From: Octopus bimaculoides
Taxonomy: Eukaryota
NCBI RefSeq assembly: GCF_001194135.2
Contig: NC_068984.1
Coordinates: forward strand, 103,981,191-104,045,190
Direction: 5' to 3'
Length of the DNA: 64,000 bases
The notes beneath the pieces were generated by a model. That model saw nothing but the letters and a program-made list of their open reading frames with translations. It was not told where the DNA came from and made no database searches. A program made the translations under genes and the position numbers. Shown here one piece after another: positions 37,951-51,918 of this stretch. Position 1 is the stretch's first letter. Each line of letters begins with the position of its first letter.

Positions 37951-38327
37951 AAAAAAAAAACAAGTAAACCAAAATCTGAATAAAACAAACATAATTTTTT
38001 TTTAAATCAACATGCTAAAAATACAACTATAATATTTTGTAAATAAAATTATAAGCCTTCAATGTATATTGACTATTGAAAATAGTCAATATAAAACCCC
38101 GTAATGGCAAAAAATGGGCATTAGTACATGGAATATACAAGGTTTATAAATAAAGTAATGAGACTCATCTCATAGCATTCGATCTGGTAACACTGCAGGA
38201 TTCCCCTTCACAGTGTTGCCACATCAACGTCCCCTATAACTTCAGTCCAAGCAGCAACCATGTGGTGTTAGGAAGTGAACTGTGAGTGCACATTTTGCAA
38301 AGTGATTTTGTTTTGTGTGTTCAGAAA

Positions 38328-39610
38328 ATGAGTAAGAACAGTTATGCACAACACTGTACGATCAAGTTTGTTTCAAACTCAGACACAATACCACTGAAAC
38401 TTGTGCAAAACTTCAACTTACAAGGAGACTGTTTTTATCAGGTTTTCAGAAGTTTCAAAGCCTTTTTAGAAGGCTGAGAATCCAAAAAAATTGACCCTTG
38501 GTCAAGAAGGCCTTCAATTTCAAGAAATGATAAAAATGTGTAACAAATCAGAGACCTTGTGTAATCTGACCATTGGTTAACAGTCAGATTAATTGCAGAG
38601 AAACTGAATTTGAACCAAACTACCATTCATCAAGTTTTGACAAACTAACTGAGAATGAGGAAAATTTCTGTAAACTTTGTTCCCAAAAATCTCACTCCTG
38701 GGCAAAACGGCAGCAGGAAGTAGGTATGCTGTGATCTGTAATGAATTGAAAATGACCCAGATTTTCTCACAAACACCATTAAGGGTGATGAATAATGGAT
38801 TTTTAAGTATGATCCAGAAACAAAATACAAAAAGTCAGGAGTGATATACTACTAACTCACCATGGCTGAAAAAAGCAAGAATGAGCAAATAGAAAATCAA
38901 ACAATGCTTATTTGCTTTTTTGACAGCAATGGAGTCGTCCATAAAGAATTCATGCCTCAAGAACAGATGGTCAATCAGCATTTTTATCGTGAGGTTCTTG
39001 AAAGGCATTTTTACCGTGAGGTTCTTCAAAGTTTGGAAATTTAGAAAATTCCTTCCTAATGGCAACATCATAATAATGATAATGAATTTTCACAATTTGA
39101 AAATGTGACAAAGCCAACATTATTGACTCTAAAAAAAGCTACCATTGTTCAAGAGAAAAAATGCAGCAAGTTGATATATACTTTTGATATGATGTAACAA
39201 GGTCTGTAATTAAAATAATGAGAATTTGTCAGTAAGCACTTTCATTTATAATTAAACTACAAATGAACTCCTTCAAAATAGTTCCCTTGGGAAACCACAG
39301 TGCATAAGATGTTTCCACTCTTCACAGCAGTGCTGGAACTTGGAAACTGGAATGGTCTTAAGCTGGTTGATTACAGCCATTGTTTTGTTTTCCAATATGC
39401 CAAAATGATGCCTGTTGAGGTGAATTTTCAATCTTTGGAAGAGAAAGAAGTCACACAGACTCAGCTCAGGCAAATACAGGGGCTGAGAACAACAGGGCTG
39501 CTTTTCCATGCCAAAAACTCTGTAATCAAAAGTGCCATGTGACAAGGCACATTGTTGTGATGCAGTATCCAGGTGTCATTGATGTTTGGCCTCACATGAT
39601 CAACCTGGTT
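38328..39610. mobile_element. Decayed mariner (DD34D-type) transposon with its C-terminal half inverted
   Basis: Plus strand 38328-39030: FKAFLEG..PWSRRPS..GDE*WIF.YDPETK..TMLICFFDSNGVVHKEF..FYREVLE; minus strand 39610-39270: WILHHNNVPCH..P.LSLCDFFLFQRLK; 3' TIR-like sequence near 39197-39225. Confidence 0.85.
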
Positions 39611-40894
39611 TTTAGAACCAATAATGTTGGCTTTGTCACATTTTCAAAATGTGAAAATTAATTATCATTATTATGATGTTGTCATTAAGAAGGAATTTTC
39701 TAAATTTCCTAACCTCATTATACATATCCAGAATTCCATTTCTAAAGTGTTCTTTCCCACCACCACCACCACAAAGTCATTTATCATATTAGACTATTGT
39801 TAGCCACATTCAAGTTAATCCTATTTATGTGCTTATAATTGAAATACTGTATTTTCGGTTCATATCAAAATCTTGACAACATTTGGGTCAGCTATAATTA
39901 TGTCATTATGAGAAATTATAAGCCTTACCCTTCCCTAGCTCCAATTACCATCAACCACTTGCAACATTGGCTACAAACTGGAAAATAAGTTTGAGGATTA
40001 TCTAACAGGGATTATGCTCTAAGGGTGGAAAAAACTGCCATAGATAAAATCTTGATTCAATTCATAAACAAATTTTGATGGTAAAAATTAGCTTATTTCA
40101 CAAAGGAGAACTAAATGTTAACAGTATCCTACATGTTTAGGATTCAACATAAACAGTTTGATAATGCAACAGAAGTGAATGGCTAATAGATTTACTAGCA
40201 GTACCTACTTATTCTCTAAAATATCACATCTATAATTACAGCCCATCTTTTATTTCATTACCACACATCAAATTCACAATGCTTAGTGAGAGATATTAAA
40301 ATCTTTTAGTTGTTTGTCTAAGAAGATAGAAAATATAGGCTATTTAGAGCTACATGGACTGGAAGAATAGCATGGTTGCAGAGAAGGGGATTATTAGAGA
40401 TAATTAGTATAATTTGATATAGTCTGCAATCAATGACAAAGTATTTTAGAAGGATGCAGTTCTAGAGTGAAAACATTTTGTAAAATATGAAGAATGTGAG
40501 TTACAACATGGATAGTGTGGAAAAGTGATGTCTGCTTAAGTGGGAGTGATATAAAAACCAGTGAGCCCAGCCTGTGAAACAGCAGTTGTTGCAGAAAAGT
40601 TGAGAAAAATAGGAGGATATAGTGAGGTAATGAGCAAAATGTTGGAGACAGTCCTTCCTGTATTAGACAGTTTGTAAATTACACACACACACACATCTAT
40701 ATATACATTCATATATATATATATATATNNNNNNNNNNNNNNNNNNNNNNNNNNNNNNNNNNNNNNNNNNNNNNNNNNNNNNNNNNNNNNNNNNNNNNNN
40801 NNNNNNNNNNNNNNNNNNNNNNNNNNNNTGTTTCCCTAGATAGTTCTCCATTGGCTGCAACTGTCTGACTTCTACCACACACACACACAGGAAG

Positions 40895-41576
40895 CTAATG
40901 TGATATAAAACCATTGATGAAATGAGCTTAAACTCAGCCATAGGCCCTGAAGAATTCCCAACAATCCACCTAAAGAAATGCAAAGGGGCTTTAGCAAGAT
41001 CACTACAGATCCTCTTCCAGAGCTTCCTTGCAACCAGGAGACTTCCCAGAAAGTTAAGCAAAGGAATATGTCCTATCCATAAGGGAGGTATCACAGAAGA
41101 TGCTTAAAATTATAGACCCATCTCTCTAACTTTTCATGTCAGCAAAGTCATGGAATGCATTGTCAGGAGGAAATTGATCATGGTTCTAGAAGAAACCCAG
41201 CATTGCTTCTGCTCAGGATGAAGCTGCCTTACACAGCTTTTGCAGTATTATAACGGGGTACTGAAACAACAAATGAATCACTCAAATGTGGATGTGATAT
41301 ATCTTGATTTTGCAACAGCTTTTGATAAGTTTGCTCACGGGAGGATATGTCACAAGCTAGAGACTTGGCATAATCAGAAAATTGGGAGAGGGTTTACATG
41401 ACTTCTTAAAAGAAGGAAACCAGGTTGTGGCAGCTAATGGAGCCTTCTCCAAGGAGACAATAATAGAGAGTGAAGTGCCTCAGGGAACTGTCTTGGGATC
41501 GCTACTGTTTATGGTGGCTCTTTCAAACATGCCATCAGTTACACAGACAGTCGCACTTATAGCAGATGACTTTTGA
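40895..41576 (+). mobile_element. CR1/L2-type LINE reverse transcriptase fragment
   Basis: AIGPEEFP..PIHKGG..NYRPISL..YLDFATAFDK..VPQGTVLGSLLF..IADD motifs with stops and frameshifts. Confidence 0.9.
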
Positions 41577-41739
41577 ACAGGAATGCTAAGCTGCTTTCAA
41601 AGCAGATAACATCTGAACAAGAAATGCTCAAAGGGAAAACAACAAAAAGACATAGGAAAACACTGGGGAAATAACAAATATTACAACAAACATGTCAAAA
41701 ACATGTAATGAGATGGGAATGGTTTAAGGTGTGTCCTTA

Positions 41740-42260
41740 AATTCCACCAAAATGTATTATTTTAAATGCAGACATAAAGAAAAAAACCTAGTTCCTGGAA
41801 TTTAAGCAGCCTTTGGAGGCTCTTAAGTTCTTTAAAAGATATCATTTTCCAAGATAACATATCAAACATCTTTTTGACCTGTTAATATTGTATTTAGTTT
41901 TGGAAAGGAATTTCCACTTGTAGTTAATCCCTTCGTCTTTAAGCTTCCAGATTAATGCTGAGAGTGTTGTTGCATGTCACTTCCCATGGTGCCTGAAGGT
42001 TGAAAGACAGTTATTATCATCATTTAGCATCATTATATCTGGATTAAATTTTCCTTTCACTGATCCAATATAACACTTGATCTTTAAACATTGTTATAAT
42101 TAGCTGATACCCATGCTTCATAAGCAACAGAAGATATATTGCATTCCTACTCTAGAAGATATTTAGATTTATTTCTACAAGTGCGTCCAGAGCAAGCTTG
42201 AGTCGTCGGTTATATTGATATAGGTATTTACATTAGGAGGTTATCTTGTGGATTATCAGC
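41740..42260 (-). mobile_element. Penelope-like GIY-YIG endonuclease remnant
   Basis: Reverse-strand translation TTLSALIWKL..INYKWKFL..RSKRCLIC matches the PLE endonuclease C-terminal motif. Confidence 0.7.
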
Positions 42261-42424
42261 TAATTTATTGTTTACTTCTAAGTCCCAGTTAACTTGCTAA
42301 GAAAACAGAATACTACATACATATTGTGGCTTTCATCAAAGAAAAAAATTCACCTTGGAGTACATTTCCTATACCAGATTACCTTGAACAGAAACAGTTT
42401 ATAATAAATTAAGTTAAGATTAAT

Positions 42425-43400
42425 ATCATCATCATCATCATCGTTTAATGTCCGTTTTCCATCCTGGCATGGGTTGGATGGTTTGACTGAGGTCTAGAGA
42501 GCCAGTGGCTACACCGGGCTCTAATCTGATCTGGCAATGTTTCTACAGCTGGATGCCCTTCCTAACGCCAACCACTCCAAGAGTGTAGTGGGTGCTTTTT
42601 ATATGCCACCAACATGGGGGCCAGTCAGGTGGTCCTGGCATAGATCATGTTCAGATAGTGCTTTTTACATGTGACCAGCACAGGAGCCAGTCAGGGGGTA
42701 CTGGGATCGGCCACATTCGGATGGTGCTTTTTACATGCCACTGGCACAGGAGCCAGTCAGACGGACCTGGTATGGACCATGTTTAGTTGGTGCTTTTATG
42801 TGCCACCAGCATGGGAGCCAGTCAGGGGGCACTGGCCACAGTTCCGATTTTGGTTTCACTTGACTCAACAGGTCTTCTCAAGTTTATCATATCGCCTGAT
42901 GCATCAGGGATACTCTTAACTGAGCCGGACATGCGATACTAGCATAGGCCATGGCTGCGATCTCACTTTAGTTGCCGGGTCTTCTCAATTACAGCATATC
43001 TCCAAAGTCTTGGTCTTCTGTCGTTGCTTTTGTGAGGCCCCAATGTTCAAAGGTCATGCTTCACCACCTCATCCCATGTCTTCCTGGGTCTACCTCTTCC
43101 ACAGTTAGGGAGTGGCATTTTCTCACACAGCTGTCCTCATCCATACATAACACGTGACCACACCAGTGCAGTTGTCTCTCTTGCACATCACATTTGATGC
43201 TTCTTATGCCCAACTTTTCTCTCAGGGCGCTTACACTCTGTTGTGCATGCACACTGACATTACACATCCAGTAGATCATACTAGTTTCATTTCTTTCAAG
43301 CCTACACTTCCTCAGCAATCATGGCTCATGTTTCACTGCCATGTAGCATGGCAGTTTGCACACATGCATCATACAGTCTACCTTTCATCCTGACCGAGAG
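42425..43400 (-). mobile_element. RTE-clade LINE 3' end: ORF2 C-terminus, 3' UTR with ~60-70-nt subrepeats and (GAT)n tail
   Basis: ORF 43061..43318 (RNETSMIYWMCNV..LREKLGIRSIKCDVQERQLHWCGHVLCM) is a typical RTE C-terminus; the same UTR (ctggatgcccttcctaacgccaacc) recurs about 15 times in the window. Confidence 0.85.
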
Positions 43401-44495
43401 GCACTTAGTTGTCAGCAGAGGTAGGAGCTATTTTCTATCTGGAGCCATGTAAATAAAAAAAACCCAGTACACTCTTAAGTGGCTGGCTTTAGGAAGGGCA
43501 TCTAGCTGTAGAAATCCTATCAAAAAAGACATTAGAGCATGACACAGCCCTCAGACCCATCAGATCATGTCAGATTGTTCAACTCATGCCAGCATGGAAG
43601 ATGGACATGAAATGATATGAACTTTCTTTATTCTATATTACATTTTGATTTGGGAGATTATTCATTAACAGAAAAATTACTTTCCTTACATTCAATGAGT
43701 GCAAACATGGTTATGTGATTGAAAGTTTGCTTAAAATAATGGTTTTGGGTTCTACCTCAAAATCTAGCAGCTTCATAGCCTTGAGTCAATCAAAGGCTTG
43801 TGTATAAAATTGGGTAGGCAGAAACAATGTGGAAGGCCATCAAAAGTAGATAAACCTAATCCATCACCTAGTTTTACACAACCATCTGACCCTGGTTGAG
43901 GGGTAGGTAGCAAAGTCTACTGTAATGCAACCTTTTGGGCTAGGTTTCCAACCTATGGATAGAACAATTTTCTACCAGCCTCAAGATTCTGAAAAGACAG
44001 GTGAAAGACAATACCTTTCCTCTAACCAAGTAAATAAAATAAAAGTTTTAATCACGTGATCAGACTATCAGATGACCGATCAGACTATCAGATGCTGTTA
44101 CACATTGCTGGTCACAATGTGCTATGTACTGTTTTAGCCTTCAAATGACACCAACCCGCTGGCTAGGCAAGCAGTACCCCCACCCCCACCACTTGATTAA
44201 GAGTGGAGACTGGAGTAACATGAAATGAAGCGTTTTGCTCAAGAACACAATACACCCATGATCTACTGAATGAGAGTGCAACAGCCTAACCATGAGGCCA
44301 TGCACCTTCACAAAAAAGTTTTAATATATTGCTTTATATTAACTGTAGGCATTCTCACAGGTAGGATGCAGTTAAAACAGAGTTCTATCAGCTTGATTTG
44401 GGAATTAACAGGTAAATCAAATGCTAAAAGATTTCTTTAGGTATCAATGTTGATAATTCTGGAAATATGGTTTCAAGGAATATAGCAAAAATAAC

Positions 44496-44577
44496 CTCAG
44501 CAATTTGTCGATGGGATTCTGTAAGCTCTTCCTGCTTTTTAAACAGTTTTTGATCAGAAATTTGATTTTTGTCACCA
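44496..44577 (-). CDS. ATG16L1: ATG16L1 coding exon 3 ((S)GDKNQISDQKLFKKQEELTESHRQIAE)
   Basis: Acceptor ttccatttcag|, donor GAG|gttatt; phase 2 to 0; 82 nt; QEELTE.H matches human QEELTELHKKRGE. Confidence 0.9.
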
Positions 44578-44879
44578 CTGAAATGGAAGAAAAAAATATA
44601 AGGTAAAAAAAAAAAAAAGAGAATAAGAAAAACAGAACATTTAAAATTAAGATTTAATATATAAATATACATTATATAACAAACTGAAATTTTTTTCTAA
44701 ATACATTTATCATCAAGTAATGCTCTAATAAACAAATTCTAGAGGTAGAGTCAGTGACGGATGTTGTGAAGAGAAACAGGAGATGGTTGGCTTGTGTCTT
44801 GGGGAACAATAAAAGTAACTGGGTGACAGGAGGGATGGAAATGATTGAAAGAAATTAGAGGAAAAACATAAATTTCTCA

Positions 44880-46255
44880 ATTCCTATCTACAGCACATCC
44901 CTGCTGTCCCAGGATGTACTTCCTACTTAAATTTCAGTCCAAAAGGTAGTGTCTGCTCACATATAAACTCCATTCTTCCTATCTTTGAACTATCTCACCT
45001 GGATTCAGCAATTATGACTTTTAGCTCATCTGGCTCAAAGTCGTTTTCTCTCACTCCTCAAAATATATCTGCTTTTTCTATAATTCTCCTAATTCCTCAA
45101 ATGATAGCTACTCTTTGACCATACATCCTCCTGCATTGAGAGCATGTATTTCACCTATCTCCTCTCCTAAGTCACCATTCTTTATGACTTCAACACTTAC
45201 AACTCCTCATGGCTCTTGCATTCATCCCACACCAATGCTGCTAGTGCAGAATCCAAACCCTTTGCTACTTTACACTAACTTGTTTCATCATTTATTCACA
45301 CTGCAGATCAACACACAGTTGATCTCTTTTACACCACAAAACCCATCTCAACTAAACAATAATGGCTTCAAAAGCAGTACTCCTATGGAGAAAGCCTCCA
45401 CCTTCACTGGTCACCTTGCAGCCAACTCTACACAGCACACACTTTACCAATCCCTTCCAAAACCTACCTTGTTTCACTCTACCAGGTTCCCCACACTGCA
45501 TACACACATCCCAAATGCAGAAATACTCTGAGCTGTTTTAAACAAACAAGGCCACTAGCATTGTCATTTCCATTAAACTCAAATTTTACAGCCCTGAACT
45601 TGTTTCTATACTTGTCAAACTCTTGTTCTCTACAGAGATATACCTTGACATTTAGAAACATGCCACAACGTGTCCCATTCCAAAAAAAGGCAAACCCTTC
45701 TGACATAGTCAACTATTATCCTATTTCTCTTTCCCAACAAATAGCTCTAAAGTAATGGAGACAGTCATTAACAACAATGTCTCCATCACCACAAATTTCT
45801 TTCTCCCCTCAGTTTCCATAGATCCAGTACCACTGGTGGCATACAGACTTATGTCACTCACCAGTGGAATTTCACTTTAGAGAAGTTCAGTAAAAGCAAT
45901 GTTGCAGCCCTATACATTAGCAAAGCTTTCAACCATGTCTGGCATGCATATCTTCTATCCAAACTTCCTGCCCATAGGCTCCACTCAACTCTCATCTCTT
46001 GGATCAGTAGTTTCCAATCAGATCACACCATTGGAGTATGCATTGACTTAAGCTCTTTCTGCTCCCACTCTCAATCAACTGTTGTGTTCCTCAGGATTCA
46101 GTTTTGTATTCCACTCTCCTCCTCCTTTACATTAACAACCTTATGTTCCACCAAATCCATCATCCACACACATGCAGATGACAGAAACCTTCATTCCTCC
46201 CTAACTTTCCAATAATGCATCATCAACATACAGCCTAGACAGCACTTCAATCAAA
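44880..46255 (+). mobile_element. Decayed CR1/L2-type LINE RT region
   Basis: Frameshifted PFQKKANPSDIVNYYPISL, (D)ISKAFNHVWH, VPQDSV and ADD motifs. Confidence 0.75.
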
Positions 46256-46259
46256 GTAT

Positions 46260-47420
46260 ACAAGGTGTTTGGGTTAAATTTAATAATTCGCATAAGAGGA
46301 AAATATAACAATATCCCAAACAAAAATTAGAGTATTTGAAAAAAAAAAAAAAAAAATGTCAACTAGATTGTTGCTGGAAGGTAACAATTTACACAACATA
46401 GCTGCCTTCAGCCTCCACCACAACCTCAAGACAGCTCCAGAACCTGGTACATGTTCCCTGCTGTGTTCCCAAGAAGATCTTTGAATACCTCCAAGATCTT
46501 GGCCACCAGCTTGGCTTTGCTGTTGCAGATAAAGCAGTGTCTTTTCCAACTGCTCCCCACACATAGTAATCCATGAGATTACAATCAGGAGAATTAAGAG
46601 GCCAGAAATTAGAACTAGTGAAATCATGGAAATTTTCTAACGACCACTTCTAACTCTTTCCAGAGGTATGGCAAGGAGCCAAATCCTGCTGCCACACATA
46701 CAGCTTTCCAGCAGTAACCCTCTCCAGCCAGGGTTTGACTATAGTCTTGAGTAGCTTCACATAGCCTCTGAACTAAGCCTAAAGCCCTGTTCTAAGATGT
46801 GGGGCAGTTTGACATCACCCTTACTGAAGATACACCCAAACACCACCATAGTTTGAGGGAACTTAGTTTTCAAGATACGTGAGATATCACATGGATTGTA
46901 GGCAAGCCGCCTGTTGTTCTGGGTGTTGTGCAAGTGGTTCTGACAGAAGTTCTTTTCATCTGAGAAGAACCAGATGATCTCCAGCTCAACAGGATGCCCC
47001 AGATTGTTCAAGAATTTCTCTGCTTTCCATTAAGCAGTTCTCCTTGGCTTTGGATGTCAGAATTTGTCCCTTGAACATCTTGTACGAGTGGTAGCAAAGA
47101 GCCAGTTTCATAGTAGTAACTTCAATACCCATCCCTCTCACTAAAGCCCAGATTTTCTTGCTCAAATCTTCTATCACATTGCCCTGTAGTTGTTGGATGA
47201 ATTCCAGCGTGTGGATACAGTCAAAATGCCTGCTGTATCTGTTCCTGCTAACCATGGCTTCATAGTCTCTGTTACAGCTGACCATCTCACATCTTTCAGC
47301 CTTTACTGTGTTCCCAAAGCATTGAGCAGCGAGTATGATTTGGCATTTTGATACCCAATACAAATCATCATGCACCAGCATGACCGCAGCCACTTGGCTG
47401 AAACACATAAATAAATAAAT
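46260..47420 (-). mobile_element. Decayed Tc1/mariner transposon of the DD37D (maT) type; a homologous fragment lies at 58895-59020 (plus)
   Basis: WFFSDEKNF, VWQQDLAPCH and FWPLNSPDCNLMDYYVWG motifs; 37 residues counted between the second and third D. Confidence 0.88.
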
Positions 47421-50400
47421 AAATATAGATAACTTTTTTCTAATATTTAATAGCTTCCAGTCTCCCATATCAGCTAAATTTTTCTCAACTACAACTTCAT
47501 TGACCCCCAAATTAAACTCAAGCCTAACATATAAATCTAACATCTGATATTAAAGCAACACTTATATTATTCCCTGTATCATTGTTCAGTAGCAGAACAA
47601 GAACAGATATGGGGGATATATCTGGCATGAGTAACAGAATGAGAACAATTTACTCCTGTGGATCAAATAAAGCATGCAGTTTCAAATTCTGAGGACATTA
47701 ATTGGTATGATAAATTTAGAATTCACTGAGGAGAAATTTAGAATTCATAACCATACATATGTCCGTCTTGTTTCTTGGTGAATATGAAGTCTATCTGGTT
47801 TCTGTGTTTGCCACATTGGTAGGTGATCAGATATTAAACTAATTTCCTGAATTAGTGTTGTAGATGGTTAAATCATTTGCATTACAGCAAGTCAAGAACC
47901 ACGAGGACTATAATATAAGGTAAATAGAACTAGGGAAGAGGTAAAGAAAGAGTAACTAAGTAGCTGAAATGCTATACTTCAAAGAGTGAGTTGTCAGAAA
48001 AACAGGTACTGGGCACAAGTATGGTTGTGTGGTTAAGAAGTTTAAACTGAAATCATATGGCTCTGTATATGATCCCATTGCATGGCATTTTTGGAAAAAG
48101 AGACTTGAGAATGAATTTAAATAGGTGGAAATTACATGAAAAAACCTTCAAACTGTTCTTAAGTGATCCACCTAATTCACTGTCTGGCTTAACACCTCTA
48201 CTTAACCCTTGTGATGTGTTCATAGTCAATTTGCTTAGTTCACACTAATATCTGGTACAGTATAATCAGCATTTAATGTCCATCTCCCATGCTATTGGAT
48301 GGTTTGACAGGATCTGACAAGTCATAGGATTGTATCAAGCTCCAAAATCTGCTTAACCTGGATTCTACAACTGGATGCCCTTCCTAATGCCAACCAGTTT
48401 AGAGTGTACTGGGTGCTAGTTAGGTCACCACATAACTCACAAGAAAAAGAGTCCTCTCAATTGAGTGGAGTTGTAGTAGAGAGGGAGGTGGCTTTATGCT
48501 TGATGTCGAGGGGTTAAAATATGATAAAGATACAGGCACAAGTGTCTTGCTATAGAGAAGATGTATGGCTACCTCGTACTATATAAGGGTGAGTGGGAGT
48601 AACTGGAAAGAAGATAGAGATACTGGTGATGACATGTCAGACTGAACTGTGTAATATAGGAAGATGAGTATGAGAGAATACAGACAGAGGATCAGGGAGG
48701 GTGGGTAGGTATGTTCATAAGAGCATGAAAGGAGAGCAATGCATGGTTAGAGATGGGGGTAAAGGTAAATTATCAGTATGGATGAAAGATACAGGAGTGG
48801 CTCAGGAAGGAGGTGATATGTGGCAGTACAGAAAGGGTAGGGAGTAGCAGAATAATAAGCCTGTACCTTTCAAACTCTTATCCCACTATTGAATAAGATT
48901 TAGAATGATTGAGTGTATCAGGGTTTCATACAACTCATTAGCTTGGTATTGCAGCACTTTAACAATTATTTGTTACTTATATTTTCCCAGAACAGATATT
49001 CTGACTCCCATCAGAACAATTCAAAAAATCAATTCCAAATGAATTTTGCACTTGATACTAAAAGAAACATATTGTTTTGGGTATTCTTTTACTGGTTCCA
49101 ATCATTGGATTGCAGCCATACTGTGGCCCCATCTTCTATCAATATTGGCCCTGGCACTTAGTTTAACAATGTTTACTTGATGAACCACAAGATTACAAGA
49201 TAAAGAGAAACAAAGAACACAGGTATATACATCCACATACACACATACATACTTATACACATATGCATACACAATACATTTAAGTATATCCAAGTTTTCA
49301 TGCTAGACAATTATTGTTGAGGCATTGCTTTTAGAGCTGGATATCTTTCCTGTTGCTAACCCTCATCTGTTTTTTGAGTAAGGAAATTTTCATTTCACTC
49401 ATCTTTGAAAGCACAGAGATACTGGATAATTTGCAGAGGAATGACAAGAAACAACACCATATACAGTTCAGTGGTTTTTCATGTTAGCACAGAATATAAA
49501 TATTCACGAAGTATACACACACATCTGTATACATTCATAAATATGCCTTGTACAGTTCTCATCTACCACATTCGCTGGACTAGGGTTCTAGTACAAGATT
49601 CTCGACCAAAATGCTTTGTAGTGGGACTAGACTCAGAGCTATGTGCAGCCATGTCTGCACCTACATACATTCATATGTACATATATACACACACACACAC
49701 ATACATGTCCTCCCATACACACACACAACTAGCTTCTTTACAGTTTATGCCTGACAAAATCTACTTACAAGTTATTGATCAACCTGTGGCTATAGAAGAT
49801 GCTGAGCAGTGGAATTGAATCCCAAACCATATGGTTACAAAGTACCTTTTAATCACACAGACACATACATATTTCATCACTATTTTTTAATGCCCATCTA
49901 TGCTGATTTGGATCCAAGAACTGCATCATGCTCCAATGTTTTCTTTGACTTAGTTTCTATAGCGCTAGACATTCTTCCTAATGCCAACCACTTTACAAAG
50001 TGTTACTTTTTTGTGGCAGTAGCACAAATGAGGTTATCATGTAACTCACAAAACTAAGATCTCAAAATGAAAGGGATTACAATAGAGAGGAAGCAGCTTT
50101 ATGATAGGAGACAAGAGATTAAAGTGTGAGAAAAGGGTCTACAGCAGAAAAGATATTTTGCTGTAGAGGAGAGGATGAGAGTGACCAGGATAGAGCTGAG
50201 AAAAGACAAAACAGTGGTGACAAAATGTCAGGGTGGAGCTTCAGGGTGGAGCTTCAAGGTACAAGGTGAGTAGGAGTGGAGAAAAGGGAACAAAAAAAGT
50301 GGATGTGCCGAGTTTGTAAGTGTGTGGGAAGAGTGAGGGACGGTTAGAGATGGAGCATAATGAATGAAGAACAAGGATTGAGATGCGAATGATGATAAAT

Positions 50401-51265
50401 ATGCATTGGAAGGAGGTAAAGAGTAGTAGATGACGTCTGTACAGATTGGGTAGGGTTGAGGGTAGATGTAGTGAATGGTGGACAAGGGTGAAGGAGTGAT
50501 TAATGATATGTGAGTTGGGGAGAAAGTAGGAGATGAATGATAGTACACAAAGGGGGTGAAGAGCAGCAGAATCGTAAGTTGCAATTTGAAACCATTGTCT
50601 GTCTTATCATACTTTAGTCTCTGAACACCTAGCATAATGCCACTTTGTCCTCTGTTGCAATCTCACTTAGTTGAGTGGGACTTCTTTCTTTCTTGTCTTA
50701 CAAGTTACTTGGCAACCTCACTACTGCTGGTGTTACAAAAAAAAAAAAATCACCCAGTAAAGTGTTTGGCACTAGGAAAGTCATCCAGCTGCAGAAATCA
50801 TGCCAAAGTAAGCATTGGAGTTTGATGTAGTCCTCCAGTTTGTTGGATCCTAACAAACTGTTCAATTCATGCTAGCATGGAAAACAAGCATAGCTGTTAC
50901 CTTTTCAAACTGTTCAACTAATGCTAGCATAGAAAACAGTCAGTTGTTATCCAATTTTATTAAATATTATCAAATTAACTTCTTTCTTATCTATATGGCA
51001 CACAATTCATGTGAAGAACTTTGAAATCATTTGACTTAATTACTGAATACAAATATATACCTAATCCATGTTAGGTATCATAGACAAGATGACAAAAGAT
51101 TATGTGTAATATGTTATGTAAAAGACTCATGCAAGCACGGAAAAAAATACTGAGCTGCTACTGAGAAGACTGAAAATTTTCCATGTAGTACAAAAGTTTT
51201 TTTTGTTACAAATAGTTAACCAATTAATGACCATTTCATCACAGAGACTTCTTTCTCTGAGAACC

Positions 51266-51467
51266 TTAACCCTTTTGTTACTATATGTATTTCTGTTGAT
51301 ATGCACTGTCTTTCATTAAATTTTAAGAATGAAGAATTTGGTAAAATGACTGTTATTAAGCTGGTGTTTGGAACATAAATTAACATAGTAGATTTGGTCA
51401 CTTTAAAACAGGAATTTTGCATCATAAATCCAGGGGCAGTCTCAGACGGCAGTATCAAAAGGGCTAA
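51266..51467. mobile_element. Short piggyBac-type MITE
   Basis: Ends ttaacccttttgttact / agtatcaaaagggctaa (TTAA-like sites with an inverted repeat). Confidence 0.6.
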
Positions 51468-51803
51468 ATGGTCCTCATGAGGTTATTTCATCCTGGATTC
51501 AAATAACAGCTTGCTTAATTATAACGATTTCAATATTGTTTTAAAGAAAAAAGCTGAATTAGATATCATTCATTATAGCATATTAAAGAACTCCAACATT
51601 TTGAGTATTATAGACAATAGCTTTTGAGCATGGTGTGAATGCAAGCAATACAAATGTTATTACATTTAAAAATTTTTAAATGGAACCTTGCAGTATATAT
51701 GGTCACAATATAGAAAATATTTTGTTAAACCCTGCAATATCCATAAATAAAGAAATAAAATAGCTTGTCAGTATTATCAAACACTGAATTCAAGGAAACT
51801 TAC

Positions 51804-51918
51804 CTAGCATCTCCTCTTATATGTAAACTGATATTTTCTTCCTTCAATTTAGCAGCTTCTACTTTGAGTTGTTCATTTTTAACAGCTAATGTGGTGCTAG
51901 ATTCAAATAACTTATTGT
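51804..51918 (-). CDS. ATG16L1: ATG16L1 coding exon 2 ((H)NKLFESSTTLAVKNEQLKVEAAKLKEENISLHIRGDA)
   Basis: Acceptor tcattttccag|, donor AG|gtaagt; phase 1 to 2; 115 nt open; HNKLFE aligns with human YNKLLE. Confidence 0.92.

Noticed and set aside
42590-42850. Tandem ~60-70-nt repeats superficially like a CRISPR array (also 56010-56215)
   Set aside because: Degenerate subrepeats of the RTE 3' UTR, without unique spacers, in a eukaryotic context
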